Source of the DNA: Epiperipatus broadwayi
Taxonomy: Eukaryota; Animalia; Onychophora
Assembly (NCBI GenBank): GCA_028023455.1
Contig: JAQFVV010000005.1
Span: 12,090,001-12,154,000 of the forward strand
Length of the DNA: 64,000 nucleotides
Direction: 5' to 3'
Below are positions 51,715 to 63,950 of this stretch, piece after piece; position 1 is the stretch's first letter; each line of letters starts with the position of its first letter. The notes under the pieces were generated by a model, which searched no databases, was not told where the DNA came from, and saw nothing but the letters and a program-made list of their open reading frames with translations. The position numbers and the translations under genes were made by a program.

Positions 51715-52661
51715 AGATCTATCATTGGCCTTTTTTAAGTCCACTAGTAAAGTAACAAGTAGTTTTAACAATTTTAAGTTTAGAAAAAGATCTTTAAGCA
51801 GATGCTATGGATACTGGTAATGGCAAAACAATCTGAAAAGTAATTGTAAAGTTTGGATAAACTATAAATATACTGAATTATCTGAAATAGATCGTTTTTC
51901 AAATTATAAATAATTGTTTGACAATGTAGAATTTTCTTTGCATAAATCATCTACATTAATAATCTCTGAATGATTATTATGTTTTTTATTGTTATTGTAA
52001 CTTTTTACAAGGTAATAAATATTCTTTATCATGTGAAGTACTTAGCAATTACAAAAACTGGAATCTTTTCTGCAAGGATTCTAATGTTTGATCTATTATG
52101 CAGAGAAAAAAAATTACTTTAAATGAAATTTCAAGATGTATTATATTTTTGTGTTTATAATCAAATTATGTTGTCTTTTTATATTGCTTTAGTGGTCTAC
52201 TATTATAAAATATTGATCCAATTAATTTGAGCTTTCTACAATTTCTTTGAAAGTTTCATTAGACCTATAATCATTTAAAAATTGATTTAAATCATTCAAT
52301 GTATGTAAAGCAAGTAGAAAATTCATAGATGAAAGGAATTTGCTGACAAAATTCACTTTAAAATATTATACCAAACTCTAATACAACAAATAAATGTAAA
52401 TATAGCAGTTTTTTCATGTAGACATTTTGCTTGGTATTTGGATAATTTGACCAGTTTTGAAGACTCATTACAAATTTCAAATAAAGCATCATCCACTTTA
52501 TGTCAATATTTATAGAGAGATTTTATGGCATTAATTCTGCTTGACTATCGTGTTTCAGATAATGGCTTTAAGGTTAAATCAGTTACACGAGTAGTTGAAA
52601 TATTTCATTGGTAAACAGAAGAAGAAAAAAAATGTATAACTCTTATACTATATTAAAGAGA

Positions 52662-53047
52662 TAAACATCACATGACCACCACTTCTTATGCTTGTGTATG
52701 TTTTAAAACAGGCAAAACTCATTATACGTATTGCCACACACAGCAAGCTAGAGTAATCAATGGATGCCAGAAAGCTTGTGCATAAAATCCCCATCTAGTG
52801 CCTACTCATCCAATATCCCCAGACTAGTTTCTGGCTTGTGGCCTTCATCAGTGAGGAGCCTAAGATCTAGGTGCAGTGCTCCCAGATCCAAGGCTCTTCA
52901 CTGACGAAGGCCACAAGCCAGAAGCTAGTCTGGGGATATTGCATGAGTAGGTACTAGATGGGGATTTTATGCCCAAGCCTTCTGGCATCCATTGATTACT
53001 CTGGCTTGCTGTGTGCGGCAATATGTATAGTGAGTTTTGCCTGTTTT
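52662..53047. mobile_element. R2 insertion III: compact inverted pair with 13-bp TSD; hammerheads at 52817-52856 (-) and 52896-52935 (+)
   Basis: TSD tatattaaagaga at 52649-52661 and 53048-53060. The minus copy has CTGATGA...GAAA-ctag-TC; the plus copy has GAAG instead of GAAA. Confidence 0.92.
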
Positions 53048-53949
53048 TATATTAAAGAGACTAATAATTTTTATTGGGTTTAGATAGGATTTGAACATGG
53101 GTCATAAAATGCATGGAGATTGAAATTTAAAATTCTTTTTTATAAACTTATATTTTTGCTATGCATATTAGAAATATTATAATTGCCCTGTCCTCTTAAG
53201 TTATTTATATTTAAAATTTAATTTTTTCACTAAATCGATAAGAAATATTGTCAAGCCAGACTCTGCAGTATCTAAAATTGGATATAATTCTAAATGTGTT
53301 CACGTATTTTAACACTTTTATATTCTGAATTGAAATAAATGAATCTGACTATCAAATCTTATTTTTGCAGCATGTTTGGAGTACAATCTAAAACTAATTG
53401 AAAACTATTTGTTTTGTTAACATAGGTTATAATATTATTTTTGATATATATAAAGTTATGATATTTTTAATTTATGATGCCAATAAAGTGAGTATTTCAT
53501 TTTGAATTTATTCTTTTAAATAGAAGGCCATATTTTTAAAGTTGGAATCATTAGTTACACATTATCCATGTTCCAATACAAAAAGATCAAACTTTTCTAA
53601 CATCTCAATGCATTTTAAAAAATTACCATTATTGCAATAGCAAAGTCTGATTATTTTAAATGGCCTGGAATAATTGTGAAATGAAAAGATGGCTAAAAAT
53701 TGTTTATGGTCAATTATTACCTTAGATAATCTTTCAAATATAATATTAATTTTTTTGATCTAATCGACTATTGATATCGCTATATTTTATTGACTAATTT
53801 TTCTCAGTATTGGATAAGTTTCTAGAATCACGTCATTGGTTTCTCACTTTTACATATTAGAAGTGTCAAAATATTAATAACTCTATATGCTCTTGTAATG
53901 ACAAATAGTTTATTGAAGCATAGCTATTGCTTAGATAAGTATAATATTG

Positions 53950-54700
53950 TTTCCTGAACTTGTTTCTGCTTATACCTTTGGCTTTACATAATAAATCATA
54001 GAGAACTCATAAAAATTAACCAATCACAGAAAATCTTGTAGTTTACATTTATTACTGTTGGAGCATCATTGCTTGTCCATCTTTTTTTTAAGATGGTAGT
54101 TTTTTCTGTTATTACATGCCTCCAAAAATTAACTTCTTGGAATTCTATATACTTTTGTCAGTTGAGATTGGCATCAAATTAATTTACCATGCTTCTATGA
54201 CAATACATATCATGATGGCAGATCTCTATCTATCTTCTTCACTCTGCAAAAACTTTTTTGGGAAGGAACTTATAAAATGAATGGAAGTATTTATGAATGG
54301 TGATATATGATTTTCTTAAATTCCTTTTTATTCTAAATATGTTTATAATGCCTTGTCTTTTTAATTGCTTTCTTATAAGTAAACTTAAGATTTGAACAGT
54401 AATTGTTGATAGAGACTATAATAAATATCCATCAGAAGTTGTTTAAGTAATGCTCTCTTGGGGATATTAAGTGAGATCATGAAGTACTGAATAATATTCT
54501 GTAATTCTCTCACCCTTGGTTTGACACATTTGTTGTATAAATGCAGATGGAAGATATGATATGTCAGATTAATAATGAAAAATCCACTAATATTTAACTA
54601 TCATTTTATATGAGAATTCTTCTGAATGTTTGAACTCATATGAGTAGTAAGTTATTTTTATATCCTTAATTCCAGAAGAATGGCAGTGGCACTATTTTGA
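53950..54700 (-). mobile_element. Possible highly decayed Gypsy gag/pol fragments
   Basis: QTKGERITEYYSVLHDLT (gag-like) and EFQEVNFWRHVITEK (EV.FLGHVI-like), broken by stops. Confidence 0.3.
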
Positions 54701-57700
54701 TCTGTGCACCCTCTAATAAATTGACCAAAAAGAATTGGTCAACATATTTCTTTTAAAACTTTCCAATATAATTGTTAATATCTAATTATGATATACTTGT
54801 ATAACTGATTAGTGTTATTTTACTATAATAATGAAATACTAAACACTAATTTCAACATAGATGTAGATATACTGGTATTCTTATTTGTAACTATTCTTCT
54901 TTACTTATTTAATAAAAGGAAGAATTCTTTATAACTGTTTGTATTCTCTGACCATAATGTAATTTTTATCATTTCACATATTCCTTATGTATTAAATGCA
55001 TATAAACATTACTTTGTTAAACTAAATTTGTCTTTGGTTTATTATGTTAATGTAAATTGGACATTACAATAATAATAATAATGATTACACAGATTAATAA
55101 CAATTGTTGTAATATTAATTCTATTATTTAAGGCTTAATGATATTTGGTGACTTGGTAGTGTGACCTGAATTGTTTTTTGTTTTTTTTTTTACCAACAGA
55201 GAGCAGAATTTTGGGGAGAGATTTTCTTCTGGCTTCATAACTGTCTTCTTTCTTTTTTAGATGAATTTTTCTTAGTATTTTTATTTTGATCTATCATTGG
55301 CCTTTTTTTAAGTCCATTAGTAAATTATCAAATATATGACACTCATAGTCATATAGAAGGTATATCAATGATCAGTACCTTTGTTATTTATATTAATGAC
55401 AAATTATCTCCATGTATATTGTAACATACATTACTTATAATTTGAAGATTATCTTATGTATCTTATGATCAATGTTTTTATTATCTGTATCATGATTAAA
55501 TGATCATATTACCTTCATGTTTACTTTAGCATGTAAATTTCATCATTGACCTCAGGTTAAGCAAAAAAGGAATGCTTACAACTAGTAAATTTTGTTAGTA
55601 ATATGCTTGAATGGCATAAGCATCTATGTATAATATCAATCGATCTGATTGAGAGCAAAATTATTCTTGCTCTTTTATAAATAAGATTGGCTTACACACA
55701 GATGAAATTATCAAGGATTAAAACATGTCATTCATTGCCGTAAAATAATTATAATGCTTATAAAATAAATATACTTCATGATTCACGTTAAATATGACAA
55801 CACAAACTATAATTTTCTAAACATGCATATACACCAACATATTATTTCTAAGTGAAAATTTAATACTAAATTTTATTTTAATACTTAATATCCTATATCA
55901 TTTCTTTTTTAATTCTTTTATGGAACGCTATTAATGTATTTTCTTTATTTGTCCAGCAGATTTTGATTTTCAACCAATATTTAATTCTTATAGAATAGCA
56001 TATGATTGTTGAATAAATATTCTCTCTTTAAAGATTAGCCTGAACTTAACATCAATATTGAATATCATTATATTTTAATTAACTTTAAAATTAATTAAAA
56101 AAATAATGAAACTTTTAAAATGCTATATAATGAATAAAATTAATTTGGCTTCATAAGTAATTCTAATATTTCTAATATTCTGTCTCCTTTTTTTTAGTAA
56201 GGAAAATTATATCTCATTAGATATTTGTATAATTAAATTATGAATTATTAAAATATATTTATTGTGAATGAATAACAAAGCAATTTTAATTATATTTAAA
56301 TTGATAGTATCTGCTTTTATAAATAAAATACTATTATAAGAGATTATTCTTAGATTATTTTATATATTTAAATTGGAATAAAATCATATTTCTTATATTT
56401 TCCATTTCTCTTTAAGCAGGATTTCTATTTCCAGCACATTACATGCAGTTTACTTTCACATTTTCTCTAATGTTTTTAACATTATTAAGTTTGAATGAAT
56501 TTTTGTGAAGGCAGGCTTTCATGCCTTTACTTGGAATCCATATATATTAGAAATAACTTATACTGTAATCTTTGTTTTGAAAATATAATTATTAATGTTG
56601 ACTTTTTGACTTAATTATGGCTAATTAAATTTTATGATTATAAAAATAAGTAAATAGAAGGCTTTTCTAATTGTTTCACAACCATTTATTTCTATCCAGC
56701 AAATTATATATAAAATAAATTGAACTTTATACTTTTACAATAGAATAAAATGCAAAAAATCCTCAATGAATAAAAATGAAAGACTGGAGATCTCTTAAGA
56801 ATATCGCAGTTGATTCCCCAATTATTAATTAATTACTTATTCTTTTATATTAAACATTCAGTTTTAATTAAATTTTTACCCTTTTTAATTTTTAAAATTG
56901 TATTTTAAATAAACACTTACCTAAAATTACAATTGTTTGAAATGATAAAACTTATAACTACATATGCATGCACATACATATGTATTTATTAATACATATG
57001 TTTATTACCACACCCATCTCCCATTTTGTTCAATTTGTTGTCTTGACAACAGATTGAAGATTTCTGGTGATGATAAGCTTGAGATTTATCATGGCATTTA
57101 CATTTCTAAACTATCTAGCATTATGGAAAATAATAATTTGATAACAATGGTGTTGCAATGCTGTGACTATTTAGGTTATATTTGCCTGCTTGATAGCAAT
57201 TATTTAAATTTCTAGAATTTAAAAATCCTAATCTGTTACATTTCAAGTGTTAGTTTTCTTGTTTATTTTAAAATCTTAGATATGAATGAAAGATAATATC
57301 TATCTTCTATTTTAAGAAATTGCCTTAACAGCTGACTGAAGATTTCTGGTGATAGATATGGGCTGTTATCACATGATTAATACAAGTGCTTGTGTTGCAA
57401 AAGAAATCATTTATTAAGATTTATCAAATAATTTAAAGATCTATAATATTAAACAAATATTAAACAAGTGTGATAAGATTCAAATCCAAAATTGCTTAGG
57501 GTCTTAATGCTTTTTTATTTATTTGTTTACAAATCTTTCCTATGCTTTTTTTTAATCAACATCATTATTATAATTCAAATGTTTATGATATCAAAGCTTC
57601 TGTTTATTCATTATTGTTGTTTTATATTATCTAGATTTGCACACAATCCTTGCATAACTTAAAAGTGACTCATTCCAATATATATATATATATTATTTAA

Positions 57701-59099
57701 AATAATGTATGCAAACAGTGATGATAACAAATAAAAAAAAAAAATACATATAGATGTTTTAATGTGTGCATCTGATGTGTGCAATAAACTGATTGTTGAT
57801 ATATATATATATATGTAAACATCAAGTACATATGGACACACACACACACATATATATATATATACATTAATTCTACTGTATTAATATTTGGTTCCAAATT
57901 ATAGTGTAAATGGTAACAAGTAATCATAGTATGCGTTTTTTTATTCACTTGTATGGTTAAACTATAAATTTAAAAATTTAAAATGTAGAGATTAAAAATT
58001 TATTTTATTAATTTGTATTTTTTTAATCTAATATTTTTTTGATTAATGGATAACTAATTGAAATTCTGAATAAAGGGGATTGCTATATTTTAAATAAGTA
58101 AATCAATTATCAGATAACTAATATATCAAATTAGGTTGACAAGATTTTTAAAAGTATTCTTCAATGAATTTATTGTTTATAAAGAATAAAATTGTTCATT
58201 CACTTAAATGCATTTTTTTTTGTTTTGTTTAGATTGTCAACCAGCCCCACCAATAAAAGTGTGCTTACATAACTCCATTTAAGGAAGCAAACATAGCATA
58301 TTCTGAAAGATCAGTGGCTCTTTAACATTATTTGATGTATCACTTTTTTACAAGTTCTTCATTGTTATTAATAATAAAATTGCTTATGGGTACCATATAA
58401 TACTTATGAGTTATGTGTTTAAACTAGTCACTACTAAATTATTAAAAATAATAAAAATAAATATAATTATAATATGGTTCATGAACTTAGTTTAATAAAA
58501 TCACATTGAAATTAATATTAAGACAGTGAAGTGTTACCAGATCTGTAATTATATACAGAATATTTAAAATGACTTTGAAAACATACTGCAAATATCAGCA
58601 TGCCTTTAATAGCTTTTTAAAAACTTAAAAACATTATAAGGTGGAAGTACGAAGACATTGAGAAACAACATCAATGCCAAAAAGAGCTGTTAATAATTTT
58701 TTTAAGAGGTGATAATTGTGTCTAATGGATGATTTCATAGAGTTTACAGAAATGTCAGTATCAAATAGTAACTTTCTATATTATAAAAAAACATATAAAG
58801 TGATAATTATTGACCTTTGTTTTATTGAAAACCTTAATTATTGATAGAATCAATTTCATTTAGAAGTTACCATTTAAATTGGTGAAACATTTTAATATTA
58901 AATATACATAGTAACTTTTAAAAAAAATTTATACTAGGTTGAAAAATTTATTTAATTTATACAAATGTAGACACATAAAAGAATACTTGACTGCATAACT
59001 CCATTATTGCACAAAACTTATGTAGATGTATGAAGCAACTTTCTGACACTAATGATAATCAGCTTTTGTGTTTGCAAAATAGTATAGTTTTGCTTCATC

Positions 59100-59267
59100 A
59101 TCTGCAAACAGAGGAAAAGTTATACAAGTATTAAGTTTTTACAATGGGCTTCTTTCCAGGTATAAGGCTGATGCAGAATCTGCTTTAATATACATGAAAA
59201 AATGTAAGAGAGAAAAGTCAATCAATTGCAACATGCAATAAATATGGGTTAAAAAATATTTCGAAAA
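59100..59267 (+). pseudogene. Frame-broken zinc-finger-like remnants upstream of ZNF-B
   Basis: IHEK and REKSINCNM-like pieces in different frames; in-frame TAA at 59250-59252. Confidence 0.4.
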
Positions 59268-61247
59268 ATGCATGCAAGTGAAAATCTTCTTCAATGTAGC
59301 TTATGTAATTACATGGTTGCAAAAAATTATAATTTAAATGAACATGAAGAAATATATACAGAAGAAAAACCTTTTCAGTGCAGTTTGTGTGAGTATAAGA
59401 CAGCATTAAACAGCAATTTTCAAATTTATGAAAAATGTTATACAGGAGAAAAACATTTCCAGTGTAATTTGTGTGATTACACTACTTCTTTAAAGGGAAA
59501 TTTAAAAGTACACGAAAAAGCTCATACAGGAGATAAACCTTTCCAGTGTAGTTTATGTGGTTACAGAAGTGCTTTCAAAGCTAGTTTAAAAGTACATGAA
59601 CGATCCCATACAGGAGAAAAACCTTTTCAGTGCAATTTCTGCAATTATAAAACTGCTTTAAAATGCAATTTAAAATCCCATGAGATAACACATACAGGAG
59701 AAAAACCTTTCCATTGTAATATATGTGATTACAAAACTGCTTTCAAAGGTTGTTTAAAACTACATGAAAAGGCTCATTTAGGAGATAATCCTTTCCAATG
59801 CAGCTTGTGTGAGTATAAGACAGCAATAAAAAGTAATTTTAAAATGCATGGAAGGTCTCATTCTGGAGAAAAACCATTCCACTGTAATTTATGTGATTAT
59901 AAGACTGCTTTAAAAGGTAATTTAAAAACACATATAAAAACTCATACTAGAGAAAAACCTTTCCAGTGCCATTTGTGTGATTACAAGACTGCTTTCAAAA
60001 GTAGTTTAAAATTACACGAGAAAGATCATACAGGAGATAAACCTTTTCATTGTAGCATATGTGATTACAAAACTGTCAACAAAAATCATTTAATGTTTCA
60101 TGAAAGAACCCATACTCAAGAAAAACCTTTTGTCTGCAGCTTTTGTAGTTATAGGGCTGCAAGAAAACATACTTTAAAAGAACATGAAAGAATTCATACA
60201 GGAGAAAAGCCATTCCAATGTAGTTTGTGTCATTATAAGACTGCTATAAAAAGTTCTTTTAAAATACATGAAAGATTTCATACAGGAGATAAGCCATTTA
60301 AGTGTAACTTGTGTGATTATAAAAGTGCTAAAAAATCCAATTTAATAGTTCATAAAAGAACTCATACAGGAGAAAAACCGTTCCAATGTAGTTTATGTAA
60401 TTATAAAGCTGCTAGAATTGATTCTTTGAAAGTACATGAAAAAACACATACAGATGACAAACCTTTCCAGTGCAATTTCTGCGATTACAGAACTGCTATA
60501 AAAAGTTCATTTGTAATTCATGAAAGATTTCATACCGGTGACAAGCTTTTCCAATGCAGTTTCTGTGATCACAAGACTGCTTTAAAAAGTAATTTAAAAA
60601 TACATGAAAAAATTCATACAGAAGAAAAACCTTTCCAGTGTAGTATGTGTCATTATAAAACTGCTGTAAAAAGTTCTTTTAAAATACATGAAAGATTTCA
60701 TACAGGAGAAAAACCTTTTCAGTGTAGTTTATGTGATTACAAAACTGCAGTAAAAAGTAACTTAAAAAAACATGAAAAATCTCATGCACGAGGAAAATCT
60801 TTCCAGTGTAATTTGTGTGAGTACAAGACTGCTGTAAAAAGTTATTTCAAAATCCATGAAAGATCTCATACAGCTGATAATCTTTTCACATTTAGCTTGG
60901 ATGATTACAAGATTTCTCAAAAAAATAATTTAATTATTCACGAAAAGACTCATCTAGAAGAAAATTCTTTTCTTAGTAACTTGTTTAACTACAAAGTATT
61001 TCTCCAAAGTAATGTGTTAAACTGTAACACATATATGAAATACTATAGTCTAGAACTACTTTTAAACAGAGAAGAATTACCATCAATTAGAGAAGACTAT
61101 AGTGTTGAATATGAAGTATTTAAGTGTTGTTTATGTGATTTCAAAGATGCAGAAAAATGTGTTTTGCAATATCATGAAGCAAGTCATTTTACTTATCAAG
61201 AAACTCTTGAGATTCTCATACAATTCAATTTAGAAAGTATTTTTTAG
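59268..61247 (+). CDS. Tandem C2H2 zinc-finger protein (ZNF-B), 17 arrayed fingers plus one isolated C-terminal finger
   Basis: 659-aa ORF with two degenerate N-terminal fingers, TGEKPF linkers and a C-terminus homologous to ZNF-A. Confidence 0.94.
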   Translation: MHASENLLQCSLCNYMVAKNYNLNEHEEIYTEEKPFQCSLCEYKTALNSNFQIYEKCYTGEKHFQCNLCDYTTSLKGNLKVHEKAHTGDKPFQCSLCGYRSAFKASLKVHERSHTGEKPFQCNFCNYKTALKCNLKSHEITHTGEKPFHCNICDYKTAFKGCLKLHEKAHLGDNPFQCSLCEYKTAIKSNFKMHGRSHSGEKPFHCNLCDYKTALKGNLKTHIKTHTREKPFQCHLCDYKTAFKSSLKLHEKDHTGDKPFHCSICDYKTVNKNHLMFHERTHTQEKPFVCSFCSYRAARKHTLKEHERIHTGEKPFQCSLCHYKTAIKSSFKIHERFHTGDKPFKCNLCDYKSAKKSNLIVHKRTHTGEKPFQCSLCNYKAARIDSLKVHEKTHTDDKPFQCNFCDYRTAIKSSFVIHERFHTGDKLFQCSFCDHKTALKSNLKIHEKIHTEEKPFQCSMCHYKTAVKSSFKIHERFHTGEKPFQCSLCDYKTAVKSNLKKHEKSHARGKSFQCNLCEYKTAVKSYFKIHERSHTADNLFTFSLDDYKISQKNNLIIHEKTHLEENSFLSNLFNYKVFLQSNVLNCNTYMKYYSLELLLNREELPSIREDYSVEYEVFKCCLCDFKDAEKCVLQYHEASHFTYQETLEILIQFNLESIF

Positions 61248-63767
61248 AATGGAAATTTTTTTTTAATATAGATCATAAATCAACTACGTAACAAAATACA
61301 AACTAATTCAGAGTTGTTTTTTTACTATGTACAAAATAAAAAACAAAAATGCTGATTGTAATTTAGTTCAATATTTCTGATAGGAATTATTATTCTAGTT
61401 TAAGATGAAATATTTCTGTTATGATCTTTTAGCATCAACTTGAGAATTTCCTGCCAGTGGATAAAATGCCCTAGTTTAACCTTGACTATAAATAAAAACT
61501 TTGTTTATTTAATTTTTAATCTGCTTCATATTCTACATACTTTTTAGAAAAATACAAAAATTGGAAATATATATATAATTTCAAGTGGAAAGTTTAATAA
61601 TTGCAATCTTAATCACAGAAACTGAACTTCTATGCTCTTGTCAATCAATTTATTTGCCATTAAATCTCAAAGGAAATTATACAATCCTCAAAAATTGGTT
61701 TGATTAATTTAAATTTGGAGACTTGAATAATATTTGGAGATATTTTGAATTTAACAGAAACACCCCTGGGAAAATAATTAGAAAAAATACATACCCATCA
61801 AAACCTCAAATCCATTTTTGTTTTACCTATGTTTGATTTTAAGATTATTGATTTTTTGCAATGGAAAGAAGACTGATCAATAAACTAGCCATTAGTCAGA
61901 GAATGTGTTTATTAAATATCTTTGGAGAAAGAGAAATAAATAACTAGTATTAAATTCATATAAAATCTAAGCTGGAAATTATGTGATATTACAGTATTTT
62001 ATGTTTATTGGATATATAAAGCTGTAGTTCTTTCTCATGACTGCAGTATTGTTTTACAATTAATTTATATATATGTGTGTGTGTATTGAAATGTATTTTA
62101 ATTACTTTTCATTTTGAATATTTGTTGTATGCAATTCTGAGTTTAATTTTGTGACACTTTCTGGTTGGTCATTTATAAATTAATATTAAAAAAAACATTA
62201 TATACATTACATTAACTTTTTATAGCTTAATATTGTATCATGTACCAAGGTTAATGTTAAAGTTAGACTTTGTATATTTTTTTAGAATTAATTAGAAAAA
62301 TGTATTTTTATATGTAAATAAAAAAATAACTATTTTAAAAATTAATGTATTGTTTTTTTTTTTTTTAGAATAAATATCCAAGTCATGAAAGTATTTATGT
62401 GGAACGATTTATATTAGAAATAAATCATGTTATCAATAAGTCTACTTTCCTAAACTTTAGCATATTCCATTATATGAATAAAATTACAAACATATTTATT
62501 TACTTTTGAGTTCATACACACATTAAATAAAATTATAAAAACTATTATGCACATTTTAATTAAAAATTAAATAAAAATTATTTTCAGTAAACCCTCCTCC
62601 TCCTATTATTTTAGAGGAAGTAAATAGATATAATCAAATTATTTATTATAACCTTTAATATATATACATATACTGCACATACATATTTTGTTCTATATTT
62701 TGTGGTATTTGGATATGCTTATAGGGTTTTTAGTAATCAATTATCACCTATATAGAGGTGCAACAGCTGCTATTAGTGTGATCTCCTTCCCTGATAAGAC
62801 AGTCAAAGCAATTACTCCCTGAGTTTGAATACTGTGGTATAACGTGGCCATAAAGGGGTGAGAATTGGATGAATTGACACAAATTGTATCTAAGTTAACA
62901 AAAATACATAGAGCTAGTCTATTGGAAGTAGGTAAATCATAGGTTTTGTATTTCATTGTGTAATGATTTGCATCCTGTCCAAAGACCTAAAGTCCGACCA
63001 TAGTAAGATGTGCTCCCCCTATCTCCTGACAAATCTGCCGGTCCATTACAATATATATATATATGTGCTAGATACATTCCTAAATATCATATAAAGAGTG
63101 TAAGCATTTTAAATAATGTTTTGTTTTACTATATTCGTATGATTTTTAAGTTCTAGTGGTCCATTTAGTTAAATATAGCTATATACCCTGCAATTCATTG
63201 CCATGTTTTTCTCTAGGGTTTGTAGTAGGTAAATAGAGAGGCTAACATTTAAGAAGCTGGAGAGAAATTTGAACCCAATCTATATATATTTCTCATTTTA
63301 GAGATGATGCTCTAATCTACAGCAATGTTTTCTCTAAGAGTAGACTGTCTGATTTAAAAATATAAGAACTGATTATACTAAACCAATCAATGTGCAACAA
63401 AAAAATTGTCAAAATTTAGCATTTATTTGTATTTTTACGCAAAAAAATAGTTTATATATAATAAAATACAGTAGAACATAAAAATAATAACAAAATTCAA
63501 TAATTTATTTATTTTATTTATATTAATCAAACAATACATATAAAAAAGAGAAATAATCCAATCAAGATAAACTTGTGCTAGGAGTCTTTCTTAAATTATT
63601 AATTACAAACCAAAAACAAAAACACCAACAAAAATAATAATAAATTACATTACTATACTATAAATACTAAAACAAGTAAACCAAAACAAATAATATAAGA
63701 ATAAATACAACCAAAAAGATATACATATTAAATAAAAAATATATATACATATTAATTAATCAATGTA

Positions 63768-63950
63768 TTACACAGGAGACAATAACCAAAATTTTAAATA
63801 TTTTTTAAAAATATAAAAAGATAAATTATCAACATCAATTGAACAGTCAGTAACAAAAGAATTAAAGAGCGTGAGTCCACTGTAACTAAATTGCATACGA
63901 CTGTTTTCTAAAAAAAAATCTAGAACCACCAGTTGAAATTTGTTAGCCAA
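63768..63950 (-). mobile_element. Possible decayed L2/CR1-group LINE 3' end
   Basis: RMQFSYSGLTLFNS...DVDNLSFYIFKKYLKFWL resembles the SY.G..LWN.L...S...FK..LK terminal motif. Confidence 0.45.

Noticed and set aside
62700-63052. GC-richer segment ending in TTACA, with a CTGATAAGACAGTC string
   Set aside because: No matching opposite terminus or TSD, and the ribozyme-like string lacks a viable loop and GAAA.
489-63950. Remaining 60-90 aa ORFs in the track
   Set aside because: Low-complexity I/Y/F/K/N-rich translations expected by chance in AT-rich DNA, or parts of the decayed elements already listed.
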